Shown here piece by piece: positions 1 through 9,305 of a DNA stretch of 64,000 nucleotides. The DNA lies in assembly GCA_040755855.1 (NCBI GenBank), contig JBFMAD010000007.1, forward strand, positions 32,001 through 96,000, in the 5' to 3' direction. Under the pieces are notes generated by a model. That model was not told where the DNA came from, did not search any database, and saw only the letters and a list, made by a program, of their open reading frames with translations. Each line of letters starts with the position of its first letter. Positions within the stretch are counted from its first letter, which is position 1. A program made the translations under genes and the position numbers. The stretch is from Planctomycetota bacterium (GTDB taxonomy: Bacteria > Planctomycetota > Brocadiia > JAADGH01).

Positions 1-1
1 G

Positions 2-343
2 ATTACAGGTGGAACGGTGGCGCAGCCGAATCTCCTGAACGTTGGGGGTAACTTCGTTATGGCCCAAATCGGCGGCGACATCTCCGCCAATACGAAAATC
101 TCTGTCGGCGGTCTGCCCCCGGCAGGCCAAGAGTCCGATCTCGTCACGATGAATGTGTTGGGCCTAATATATGGCGACATAGAGGTCTATGGAGATATAT
201 TAACCCTGCGAAACGCAGGCACCGCGCCGACGCCGACCGGGCCGAGGGAGGGCTTCACGGAGGCGTATCTCCTGAACGACAGGCTTGGCGAACCCACAGG
301 CGGTAGACTGGATATCGGCGGAAGGGCAATGCGACTCCTCTGA
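2..343 (+). CDS. C-terminal part of a hypothetical protein (5' truncated by the window edge)
   Basis: Frame is open from the window start to TGA at 341-343 and ends 9 nt before cobO; Gly/Ile/Val-rich beta-type sequence. Confidence 0.55.
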   Translation: MTGGTVAQPNLLNVGGNFVMAQIGGDISANTKISVGGLPPAGQESDLVTMNVLGLIYGDIEVYGDILTLRNAGTAPTPTGPREGFTEAYLLNDRLGEPTGGRLDIGGRAMRLL

Positions 344-352
344 GCTGATAGG

Positions 353-880
353 ATGAAAGACCCCGGGCGCATACTCCTTTTCACAGGCGACGGGAAGGGA
401 AAGACGACCGCCGCCCTCGGCATGGCCCTGCGCGCGGTGGGGCATGGGATGCCGACGTTTATCCTGCAGTTTATGAAGGCCGATCCTTCGACCGGCGAGA
501 TCGCCGCTCTGAAGCGCCTCCCCAATGTGGAGATCGTGCAGGCCGGTCTTGGCTTCGCGCCCCCCCCCGGCAGCCCTAAGTTCCCGGAGCACGCCCAGGC
601 CGCGCGCAACGCCCTTGCCAAGGCATCGGAGGCGCTTGCATCGGACAAATACGCGATGGTAATCCTGGATGAGATCTGCAACGCCGTCGCCCGCGGGTTG
701 CTCGACGAGGACCGTGTCGTCCAGATGGTCGAGAAAAAACCGGAAGGCATGATCCTGGTGCTCACCGGCCGAGGCGCGACCGATCGCCTGATCGCCCTAG
801 CCGATACAGTCACCGAGATGCGAGCGATCAAGCACGGCCTCGCCGAAGGCCGAAAGGCGCAAGAGGGAGTTGAATTCTGA
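353..880 (+). CDS. cobO: cob(I)yrinic acid a,c-diamide adenosyltransferase (CobO/BtuR/CobA family)
   Basis: TGDGKGKTTAALG P-loop, QFMK, ILDEI, LVLTGR and ADTVTEM...KH...GVEF motifs. Confidence 0.93.
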   Translation: MKDPGRILLFTGDGKGKTTAALGMALRAVGHGMPTFILQFMKADPSTGEIAALKRLPNVEIVQAGLGFAPPPGSPKFPEHAQAARNALAKASEALASDKYAMVILDEICNAVARGLLDEDRVVQMVEKKPEGMILVLTGRGATDRLIALADTVTEMRAIKHGLAEGRKAQEGVEF

Positions 881-898
881 GGCGGGAGACCCGATGAC

Positions 899-2041
899 AT
901 GCAACGTGGAAGAAAACGCATCCTCTTGTCGCTCGCCGTCCTGCTCGCCACTCTGGTTTTAGGGCCGGTTGCCGCCGACGATCCGCCATCCGCCCCCGAT
1001 CCCCGCGTGAAACCGGGGGAGAAGTTCAAGCTGTCGTTCCCGAGCCTGCCCAAGGACCGACATGGGAACACATCCGAAATGGAGATCAGCATCCCGAAGG
1101 AATACACTCCCAGTCGGTATCATCCGCTTTGTGTCTTCATGGGCGGGGCCGATGGGTCGTCGAGCGCTGGTTCCGCCGCGAGCCTGGCGGACCCCGACAA
1201 GTTCATCCTTGCCGGCATGCCCTACCCAATGGGGGCGAACAACGCCAGCCAGAGCAATATGGTCGGCAACTTCCCTGTGATGTGGGCCTACCACAAGAAG
1301 ATGCTGGAGGAGCTTCACAAGGTCGTCCCCAACATCAATCCGGACTTCCGCGTGCTGGCGGGCTTCAGCAACGGCGGTCACTGCATTGACGGCGAACTTG
1401 GGCTGGGCGTCGCGGACTTCTTCAACGTGTTCATCCTGGCCGACGGAGGCGGGGCGAAGGACAGCCCGAAGTATCGCCCCGCGCGCGGTTGCTACATGTT
1501 CGTGTGTTGGGGGGAGAAGTCCCCCGCCAAAGGCTATGTCCCCGGCGTTGCCGCCAAGGCCGCGAAGGCGGGCATGAAGGTCAAGACGATGGAGATGAAG
1601 GGCGAAGGCCATAGCTTCGACGCCGAGAACATGGCCAAGGCCAAGGAATGGATCGAGACCGAAGTCGTTCCCGAGCTGACAAGGGAAATGTTGGCGCGCG
1701 CCAAGAAGGCTAAATCGCGAAATCCAGAAGAGGCATTGGCCGCCATCCAGGGCATGAGACTCCTTGTCGGGGAAGACGACGAGAAGATCGAGAAACAGGT
1801 GGAGAAGATTCTCGACGGTATTGATAAGGTCGCCCGTAAGGAGCTGGACAAGATCAAGCCCGCCCTGACCGAGGACGCAACGTCCCCGAAGCGAAAGGCC
1901 GCCGAGAGCGATTTGCGCGACTTCATCGAAAAATACCAAGGCTTAAAAGTCGCGGACGAGGCGAAGGAACTCCTGGAACCGGGCCCCGCGAAGGAAGAAG
2001 AGAAAGAGGAAGACAAGGAGAAGAAAAAGGAAACCGAGTAG
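899..2041 (+). CDS. Secreted alpha/beta-hydrolase-fold protein with charged helical C-terminus
   Basis: Signal peptide; GFSNGG nucleophile elbow; GEGH histidine motif; Lys/Glu-rich tail. Confidence 0.65.
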   Translation: MQRGRKRILLSLAVLLATLVLGPVAADDPPSAPDPRVKPGEKFKLSFPSLPKDRHGNTSEMEISIPKEYTPSRYHPLCVFMGGADGSSSAGSAASLADPDKFILAGMPYPMGANNASQSNMVGNFPVMWAYHKKMLEELHKVVPNINPDFRVLAGFSNGGHCIDGELGLGVADFFNVFILADGGGAKDSPKYRPARGCYMFVCWGEKSPAKGYVPGVAAKAAKAGMKVKTMEMKGEGHSFDAENMAKAKEWIETEVVPELTREMLARAKKAKSRNPEEALAAIQGMRLLVGEDDEKIEKQVEKILDGIDKVARKELDKIKPALTEDATSPKRKAAESDLRDFIEKYQGLKVADEAKELLEPGPAKEEEKEEDKEKKKETE

Positions 2042-2060
2042 CGCCGCCCAAGAGTCCAAG

Positions 2061-2109
2061 AACACACAGGGGTAGAAGCGCCTATGGATGGCGCTTCTCC
2101 CCGTGTTTT
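2061..2109. terminator. GC-rich hairpin (GTAG-REP-like or bidirectional terminator) between convergent genes
   Basis: GTAG-AAGCGCC-tatggat-GGCGCTT-CT, extended by acac-gggg/cccc-gtgt. Confidence 0.55.
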
Positions 2110-2142
2110 ATGTGCTGCTGATGCCAGATTACCCGCCGGCAT

Positions 2143-3786
2143 TCACTCCTTCGGCCACGTCAGGCCGGGCCAATCATCGGTTCGGAACGGCGAGGCCGGC
2201 AGGCCCTCCTGGTTGAAGAGGTTGCATCCCTCCGGGTTGTCCGCCCAGGCGTAACGCGCGGCGACCGGCTTGGCCACCTGGTCGCTCGACACGACGACCG
2301 TGTCCTTGCCCTCGATCTTCGCATCGGCCCAGACGAACTTCCTGTCCTCGCCCGCAATCGCGAACTGCTTGAGCGGTTCTCCGCCCTTGGCCGTGAGGCC
2401 GCTCCCCACATGATTGAACTTCACGATGATCTTGTTCCCCTCCACCTTCATTGAGTCATACATCGGACCGGAATAGACGATCTCCTTCCCATACACTGTC
2501 CCCAGCGCGCACAGGGCCAGGCGTTTGCCCACATCTTCTTTGTTCTTGGGATGGATATCGTCCGCTTCGCCGATGTCAATAGTGATGGCCATGCCCGTGT
2601 TGGGCACAGAAAGCGTCTTGACGAAGGACTCGCGGATCTCCGCCCATGCGCTCTCGCTGGGTTCGGCTTTCGGTTTCATAAAGTTGGGCAGCTGGACAAA
2701 CAGGAACGGAAAATCGCCCTCTCCCCAGGCGTCGCGCCAGCACCTGATCATCGTCGGGAAGAGCGTGCGATACTCGTAGGCCCGTCCAGCGTTCCCCTCG
2801 CCCTGATACCAGATCGCGCCGCGAATCGTGTATGGGACGACGGGCATGACCATGCCGTTAAAGAGAACCGATGGTTCGTTCTTAGAGCCGAGGGCCAATT
2901 CCTTCGGCGCCTTGGGGGCGGCGGGCGGTTTTCCGCCCTCCGCCTTCGCTTTCTCCACTTCCTTCTTCCAGGCCATTTGTTCCTTCCGGAACGCGCCGAA
3001 TGCGGCGTTCCAGGGCTTGAAGTACTTGATGTAGTCCTCCCTCATGTCCGGATGCTCTTCGAGTTTCTTGCGGAAGGCATCCGCGATCGGTTTCAGCATT
3101 GGGACCGACTCGATGGCCTCCAGGCTGGTATAGGCCTCCGCCGGCGTGCCGCCCCAGGCGTTCTGGATCAGGCCGACCGGGACCTTCAGGTCCTTGTACA
3201 GCTCCCTGCCGAAGAAATACCCCGCCGCGGAAAAGCCCGGCGCGGTCTCGGGCGAGCAGACCTGCCATGCGCCCGTGCAGTCCTCTCGCGGCTTGACCGA
3301 CGGCGTCAGGTCCACCGTGAACAGGCGGATTTGCGGGAGGTTCGCCCCCGCGATCGCCTGCTCCGCCGCGCTGGAACCGCGAAGCGACATGTGCATATTC
3401 GATTGGCCGGAGCAGACCCACACCTCCCCGATGAGGACGTTCTTGAGGGTGATCGTGTTCTTCCCCTTTACCGTCATCTCGAACGGTCCGCCCTCGGGCA
3501 GGGCCTTAAGCGTCGCCAGCCACTTGCCTTGGTCGTTTGCTGTCACGACGGCCTTCCGATCGCACAGCGCGACGGCGACCTCCTCCCCCGCGTCGGCCCA
3601 GCCCCATATCTGCAGATCCATATGCCGCTGTAAGACCATGTTGTCGCCGATCACTGCGGGCAGCTTGACATCGCCGGCGGCGACCGAAGCCAGAACCGCC
3701 ACCGCCACAAACACACCAACGCCCACGCGCCCATACGCCCGCACGCCCATACGCCCAAACATCTTTCCGCTACTGTCCATAACCAC
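2143..3786 (-). CDS. Sialate O-acetylesterase-like (SASA/SGNH) secreted esterase, copy 1
   Basis: DNMVLQR, GEVWVCSGQSNM, WYQGE, DIHPKNK, RYAWADNP, LPASPFRTD motifs; exact start uncertain. Confidence 0.9.
   Translation of the reverse strand: MVMDSSGKMFGRMGVRAYGRVGVGVFVAVAVLASVAAGDVKLPAVIGDNMVLQRHMDLQIWGWADAGEEVAVALCDRKAVVTANDQGKWLATLKALPEGGPFEMTVKGKNTITLKNVLIGEVWVCSGQSNMHMSLRGSSAAEQAIAGANLPQIRLFTVDLTPSVKPREDCTGAWQVCSPETAPGFSAAGYFFGRELYKDLKVPVGLIQNAWGGTPAEAYTSLEAIESVPMLKPIADAFRKKLEEHPDMREDYIKYFKPWNAAFGAFRKEQMAWKKEVEKAKAEGGKPPAAPKAPKELALGSKNEPSVLFNGMVMPVVPYTIRGAIWYQGEGNAGRAYEYRTLFPTMIRCWRDAWGEGDFPFLFVQLPNFMKPKAEPSESAWAEIRESFVKTLSVPNTGMAITIDIGEADDIHPKNKEDVGKRLALCALGTVYGKEIVYSGPMYDSMKVEGNKIIVKFNHVGSGLTAKGGEPLKQFAIAGEDRKFVWADAKIEGKDTVVVSSDQVAKPVAARYAWADNPEGCNLFNQEGLPASPFRTDDWPGLTWPKE
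3717..3756. repeat. About five tandem 8-bp units (nnACGCCC) in the 5' end of the esterase gene
   Basis: caacgccc acgcgccc atacgccc gcacgccc atacgccc. Confidence 0.6.
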
Positions 3787-3796
3787 TCCTATCCTC

Positions 3797-6253
3797 TCAC
3801 TTCCACTTCCACAGTTTGATCGTCAGGTTTGAATCGCCGCTGGCCAGAATCCCGCCGTCGGGCGAGAAGGCCACCGCCTTGACCTGCCCCTGGTGTCCCT
3901 CCAGGGTGGCCGCCACCTGGCCCGTCTTCACATCCCACAGCCGGACCAGCTTCTGCATGAAACCCATGGCCACCAGAGACCCATCCGGCGAGAAGGCGAT
4001 GGCGCCGATACCGACCCATGCGCCCTTTTCGGCGGGATCATCGCGCCAGGTCATCACCTCCTGCCGGGTCGCCGCATCAATGAGCGTAAGGCTCGACCCG
4101 CCCGCGGCGGCGAGAATCTTTCCGTCGGGGGAGAAACAGATGTCCTCCACCCCGCCCTCGGGGATCGGGACTTGCGCGACCTTCTCGCCGGTCGCCGCAT
4201 CCCAGAATCTGATCTCTCCGTCGCCCCAATCGTAAGATGTGAAAACACTTCCGTCCGGAGAGAACCGAATGGCCTTGGCGCCTCCATCCTCGATGGCGCG
4301 GACCTCCTTGCCGGAGGTCATGTCCAGAATCTTGATATTATCGCCGAAGGCCCCGCACACGAGCCGCTTGCCATCCGGGGAGAAAACCAGCGAGACCACC
4401 AAGCCGTCGTGGGCCTTCCAGGCCGTCACTTCTCGCTCGCCGGCCACATCAAACACCTTGACGACGCCATCCCACCCGGCAGCGGCGATATACCGTCCGT
4501 CGGGGCTGAAGACCGCCCGGCAAACCTTGCCATCAAAGCCAAACAGTCCCGTCTTTTCCGTTGGCGGACCGTCCACACTCCATATTTTCACACACGCCTG
4601 CTCGAACCCGGTCGCCGCCAGAAGCTTGCCGTCCGGGGAGAAGCAGAGGGAGGACACATCCCCAAAGGCAGACTCCTTCGGCTTGATCTCCGCCCACTCC
4701 ACCATGCCGAAGCCAGGGCCGGGACGGGGGATCGGCTTCACGCCGACGCGCACCGGCTCGCCCGGAGGACGGGGGGTCGGACGATCCTCGGCCGCGGCCT
4801 TCGCCGTCGCTGCCGCGGATGGCTTGGGTTTGTAGTCCGCCGTGGCCTTCTCGCTGATGGGGATACCCTTCAGATTGAAAGGGATCGCCGCCTGGCGAAA
4901 CCCCTCCGCCCATGTCACGGCAACGTGAGCAGGCTGGAAGTTGCCCGGCGTCTCAAAATTGGCGCTCCACCCACACCCGCCGGGGCCGCTCCACCCCGAA
5001 CCGCGATCCCCTTCCACCTGCCGCCCGTCCTTCCCGATGACGGCAACCGTATGCGCCGAGAGAAGCGTCGCGCCAAGAGAACCTCCCTCCTGCGCAAGCC
5101 GGGTCATTACCTCCTGATCGTAGCCCAGCTTGATGTTGGCTGTCAGCTTGCCCTCCTTGTCCTGGCTCACCTGGTCCAGGGCCACGTTCACATCTCCCGT
5201 CTTGGTCGTGGCGCCGTTTTGCCAGGGCACAGTCGCCTCTCTTCTCTGCGTCGGCGCCCAGACGGGGATTGTTACTTCCAGGTCGGCGGTGTCCCCCGTG
5301 AGCTGCCCGCCGGGGTGGAACTTCCAGGCCCGGCCGCCCATGCCGTCCTGCATCACCTCGTCGGCCTTGATCGTGACGCGCCGGCCGCCGGCGAACGTGA
5401 AGACGAAGTCCGGGTTCGTCGCCGGGTCCTCAAACGTCGCGCCGGAGCTCTTGTCCACCCGCAGATCGAGGGCCATGCGCTTCACCTTGATGGACTTGGG
5501 CGGTTGCTGTTTGAAGTCGAAGGTGCTTTCTTCGTTCAAGCCGTACCAGACCAAGGCGAGCGGCCCGACCACTTGATACCCCCGGGGCGGCGGGGCGTCG
5601 AACGACCCCGGGATGCCAATCGGGTAGCCGGGCTGCGAGAAGACGGTGAACCCCCACCGCCCCTGGTTGCACACCTCTAAGAGCGCCTCCCAGAAGAAGG
5701 CGTCTTTCATTACGACGGTCAGCCGGGGTCTCTCGCCGCTCCCCTCCCATTTGATGATGCGGTCGGATTGCCGGGCGATCTTGTAGAGGATCGCGTCCAC
5801 CGGTTGGTCCACCGCGTTGAGCGTGATGAAGGGGCTTTGGGGGACGGACCGCATGTCAATCTTCTCGGCGGTTGCGGCGGCGGGCGGTCGGCGAGCGGGT
5901 GTCGGGGCCGGACCGGGTTCGGGTTGTGGTTCCTTCTGCGCTGGTTGTGCTTCGGGGGCCTTCGGTTCGGGTTCGGGTTTGGGTTCGGGGGCGGGTCTCG
6001 GTTCCGGTTTGGGGACCGTGTAGCCGGCCTTTTTCTGGATGTCCTTGATGTCGGCCCGCTTGAACTCCATCGTCCCGTAGGTCATCTGCATGACCACCTT
6101 CTCCGGAGTCTCTTCGAGAATCTTCCCCTCGAAGCGATTGCCGTTCTTCAGGACGAGCGTGTCGGCGGCGAGGCGCAACGGCGCGCAAAATAGCACCGCA
6201 GCGACGATCCATAGGCCCGCTTTCGTCCATGCATGAGTGATGCGCTTCTCCAT
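3797..6253 (-). CDS. Secreted WD40-repeat beta-propeller protein with Pro-rich linkers
   Basis: Signal peptide; DTLVLKNG N-terminal domain; PEP repeats; about 7 FSPDG...WD repeats. Confidence 0.85.
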   Translation of the reverse strand: MEKRITHAWTKAGLWIVAAVLFCAPLRLAADTLVLKNGNRFEGKILEETPEKVVMQMTYGTMEFKRADIKDIQKKAGYTVPKPEPRPAPEPKPEPEPKAPEAQPAQKEPQPEPGPAPTPARRPPAAATAEKIDMRSVPQSPFITLNAVDQPVDAILYKIARQSDRIIKWEGSGERPRLTVVMKDAFFWEALLEVCNQGRWGFTVFSQPGYPIGIPGSFDAPPPRGYQVVGPLALVWYGLNEESTFDFKQQPPKSIKVKRMALDLRVDKSSGATFEDPATNPDFVFTFAGGRRVTIKADEVMQDGMGGRAWKFHPGGQLTGDTADLEVTIPVWAPTQRREATVPWQNGATTKTGDVNVALDQVSQDKEGKLTANIKLGYDQEVMTRLAQEGGSLGATLLSAHTVAVIGKDGRQVEGDRGSGWSGPGGCGWSANFETPGNFQPAHVAVTWAEGFRQAAIPFNLKGIPISEKATADYKPKPSAAATAKAAAEDRPTPRPPGEPVRVGVKPIPRPGPGFGMVEWAEIKPKESAFGDVSSLCFSPDGKLLAATGFEQACVKIWSVDGPPTEKTGLFGFDGKVCRAVFSPDGRYIAAAGWDGVVKVFDVAGEREVTAWKAHDGLVVSLVFSPDGKRLVCGAFGDNIKILDMTSGKEVRAIEDGGAKAIRFSPDGSVFTSYDWGDGEIRFWDAATGEKVAQVPIPEGGVEDICFSPDGKILAAAGGSSLTLIDAATRQEVMTWRDDPAEKGAWVGIGAIAFSPDGSLVAMGFMQKLVRLWDVKTGQVAATLEGHQGQVKAVAFSPDGGILASGDSNLTIKLWKWK

Positions 6254-6272
6254 TTCCTGCTCCTTTCGACGC

Positions 6273-6821
6273 CTATTCCTTGCTCTTAAACTTCACGGCA
6301 TCCGCGTTGCAGTAGCCATTATCGGTGTCGTTGTTGAATTCGATGTAGCACCCATCCGGCGCGAATACGTGGTCGCCGAGGCGGAACCAGTGATTGCCCT
6401 CCGTTTGCAGGTTGACGGAGTAGGCGTGGTCCTTCCCATCGGCGTCGTGGACGATGACCGGTTGCTTGGTCGTGCGGTCGGGATCGGCGGACCAATAGAT
6501 GCAGACCTCATATATTCGTTTTGACGAGACCTTCGGGATGAAGCGCGCCCGCCCGACCGCCGATCGGTCGGCGGCGAGATACCGGAAATCCTCGCCATAG
6601 GATCCATTGCCATTGGTGCGATCCGCCGTGCCCCAGTTGCCGGAGACGATCGTGAAGTCCGCGTCGCGGTTGTCAATGATGATCTCCTCGGCAGGCGCTT
6701 TGGCTGTCGGCGGCGGGGCCTTCGTTTCCTGGGTCGGTCCCTTGCCGCAGCCCGCCATGCACATAAGGCATAACACAGCCACCATCAACTGGTTAAGACA
6801 CGTCCACAACTTCTGTCTCAT
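6273..6821 (-). CDS. Lipoprotein with golvesin/Xly C-terminal-like carbohydrate-binding domain
   Basis: Lipobox MAGC; IIIDNRD...W, VNLQTEGNHWFRLG, ADAVKF motifs; ATG at 6821 with AGGAGGA RBS. Confidence 0.7.
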   Translation of the reverse strand: MRQKLWTCLNQLMVAVLCLMCMAGCGKGPTQETKAPPPTAKAPAEEIIIDNRDADFTIVSGNWGTADRTNGNGSYGEDFRYLAADRSAVGRARFIPKVSSKRIYEVCIYWSADPDRTTKQPVIVHDADGKDHAYSVNLQTEGNHWFRLGDHVFAPDGCYIEFNNDTDNGYCNADAVKFKSKE

Positions 6822-6847
6822 AGAGAATCCTCCTTTGCCGCCGCGCA

Positions 6848-8410
6848 CTACTTGACCTCCTCCGCTACGACGCTCGGCCACGTGTCCGTGCGGAAGGGCG
6901 ACGCGGGCAGGCCCGCCTTGTTATAGAGATTGCATCCCAACGGGTTGTCCGCCCAGGCGTAGCGCACGGCGACCGGCTTCTGCACCTTGTCGCTCGATAC
7001 CACCACGGTTTCGCCGTCAATCTTCGCATCGGCCCAGACGAACTTCTTGTCCTCGCCGGCGATGGCGAACTGCTTCAGGGGTCCTCCCTTCGCATCGAGT
7101 CCGCCGCCGACCTGCGTGAACTGAATGCGAATTTTGTCTCCTTCGATCTTGACGGAGTCATAGAGCGGCCCGCAATACACGACGTTCTCGCCGTAGACCT
7201 TCGCCCGCGCCCACAGGGCCAGGCGGTCGCCGACGTCCCGCTTGTTCTTCGGGTGGATGTCCTTCTCCTCGCCGATGTCTATCGTGATCGCCATGCCCGT
7301 GTTCGGGGTGGAGAGCGACTGCAGGAACGACTCGCGGATCACCGCCCACTCGCTCTCGCCTGGTTCGGGCTGAACAGCCTTGTAGTTTGGGAGCTGGACG
7401 AACAGAAATGGGAAAGCGCCCTGGCCCCACACCTTCCGCCAACTGCCGATCATTGCAGGCAAGAGCTTCCGGTACTGATATGCCCGGCCGCCCTTGGCGT
7501 TGTTCTCGCCCTGATACCAGATGGCCCCACGGATGGCGTAGGGAACTATCGGCGCGATCATGCCGTTGTAAAGGAGCGTCGCAGCGTTCCTGTATTTCGG
7601 CGAGGGCGGCCTACGCTTCTTGCTCTCGTCGAGCTTCCCCTGCTTGCGTAGCTCCGCCATCTTCTCCTTCCATACCTTGAGCGTCTCCTGGTATTCTCGA
7701 ACGGCCTTGTCGAAATCCGCCACGATCTCCTTCCACTCCGGCTGCTCGATGATCTGCTTGAGTTCGGGGTCGGACTCGAAGCCCTCGCGGGTGGTCCACG
7801 CCTCGGCGGCGGTCCCGCCGACGGCGCTCTGGAGAATTCCGACGGGCACGTTCAGCTTCTGGTGAAGGTTGAGGGCGAAGAAATACGCCGTCGCGGAGAA
7901 ACCTCCGGCCGTCTCCGGGCTGCAGGCCTGCCATGCGCCCTCGCACTGCTCCTGCGGCGCGACGGCCTGTTTCATGGGAACCTTGAAGAAGCGAATCTGC
8001 GGGTACTTCGCCTCGGCCACGTCCTGCTCGGCGTTCGCTGTGCGCGAGACGGTCATGGCCATGTTCGACTGCCCCGACCCGACCCATACCTCGCCGATAA
8101 GGACATCCTTGATCGTGATCGTGTTCTTCCCCGCCACGGTCATCTCGAACGGCCCGCCGGCCGGGAGCGGATCGAGCTTGACCATCCACTTGCCCTTGTC
8201 GTCGGCTGCAGCGCTTGCCTCTTTGCCGCAGAGCTTGACCGTCACCTTCTCGCCCGGTTCGGCCCAGCCCCAGACGGGCAACGGCGTGTCACGCTGGAGG
8301 ACCATGTTGTCGCTGAAGAGCGCATGGGGCTTGACATCGGCCACACCCCAGGACGCAACACCGCAAAGCACAAGAACAATGACCAGGAAAACAGAACGTC
8401 CTCTCATCAC
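6848..8410 (-). CDS. Sialate O-acetylesterase-like (SASA/SGNH) secreted esterase, copy 2
   Basis: Same motif set (GQSNM, WYQGE, DIHPKNK, LPASPFRTD); signal peptide. Confidence 0.9.
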   Translation of the reverse strand: MMRGRSVFLVIVLVLCGVASWGVADVKPHALFSDNMVLQRDTPLPVWGWAEPGEKVTVKLCGKEASAAADDKGKWMVKLDPLPAGGPFEMTVAGKNTITIKDVLIGEVWVGSGQSNMAMTVSRTANAEQDVAEAKYPQIRFFKVPMKQAVAPQEQCEGAWQACSPETAGGFSATAYFFALNLHQKLNVPVGILQSAVGGTAAEAWTTREGFESDPELKQIIEQPEWKEIVADFDKAVREYQETLKVWKEKMAELRKQGKLDESKKRRPPSPKYRNAATLLYNGMIAPIVPYAIRGAIWYQGENNAKGGRAYQYRKLLPAMIGSWRKVWGQGAFPFLFVQLPNYKAVQPEPGESEWAVIRESFLQSLSTPNTGMAITIDIGEEKDIHPKNKRDVGDRLALWARAKVYGENVVYCGPLYDSVKIEGDKIRIQFTQVGGGLDAKGGPLKQFAIAGEDKKFVWADAKIDGETVVVSSDKVQKPVAVRYAWADNPLGCNLYNKAGLPASPFRTDTWPSVVAEEVK

Positions 8411-8486
8411 AACTCCTTTGGCTGACGAACAAGGTTGCAGCTGGGGTGGTAGGGGAGATGATACCGTGTCGAAGAGCAGAAGTCAA

Positions 8487-9287
8487 TCACTCATCCCGAA
8501 GACGCCGGGCCAGCTTTCGCATCTCCCGTTCGACGATCCAGGGCGAGAGGCCCTCGGCCAGCTTCATGGCCTTGCCCTGGAAGGGGATGACCAGATCGAC
8601 CTTCTCGCACTCGATGGCGTGAACGATGGATTCGGCGACGTCTTCGACCGAGGCATATGGCCCGTCAGGCCGCCGCCCGCCGCCGACACGTTTCTCCTTC
8701 TCGAAAAACTCGGTCCTGGTGTAGCCGGGATAGACGACCATAACGCGGATCGGCGTGTCGCACAGCTCCGCCCGCAGGCTTTGGCTCAGGTTCGCCAGGG
8801 CCGCCTTGCTCGCAGCATAGACACCGATGTAGGGCACCCCGTGGAGCGCGGCCACGGATGCGATGTTGACGATCATCCCGCTTCCCTGCTCCCGCATCAG
8901 AGGCAGGACCTCGAACATGCACCGCGCCGCCCCGAAGAAGTTCACGTCCATGGTCCAACGGAACTCGTCCATCGAGGTCTTCTCGTTGCTGCCATAGACG
9001 CCGACGCCTGCGTTGTTCACCCAGATGTCAATGCCGCCAAGCTGTTCCTTGCATCGTTGCACGAGGGCGCGAACCGATTCGTCGTCGGTGACATCGCATC
9101 GGACGGCGACGGGCCTGGGGGCCTCGGGAAACCTTCGGGCGATCTCCTCCACCGCCTCGTTCAGCCGCTCCTCCCGCCGTGCGGCGAGGATCACGGCAGC
9201 CCCCCTGCCGGCCAGGGCCGAGGCCAAGGCCCGGCCGATGCCGGATGATGCGCCGGTGATGACGGCTCGTTTATCCTTAAGATCCAA
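8487..9287 (-). CDS. SDR family oxidoreductase
   Basis: TGASSGIG, NNAG, YAASK motifs. Confidence 0.92.
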   Translation of the reverse strand: MDLKDKRAVITGASSGIGRALASALAGRGAAVILAARREERLNEAVEEIARRFPEAPRPVAVRCDVTDDESVRALVQRCKEQLGGIDIWVNNAGVGVYGSNEKTSMDEFRWTMDVNFFGAARCMFEVLPLMREQGSGMIVNIASVAALHGVPYIGVYAASKAALANLSQSLRAELCDTPIRVMVVYPGYTRTEFFEKEKRVGGGRRPDGPYASVEDVAESIVHAIECEKVDLVIPFQGKAMKLAEGLSPWIVEREMRKLARRLRDE

Positions 9288-9305
9288 TAATGCGGTCCTC
9301 CTGAT

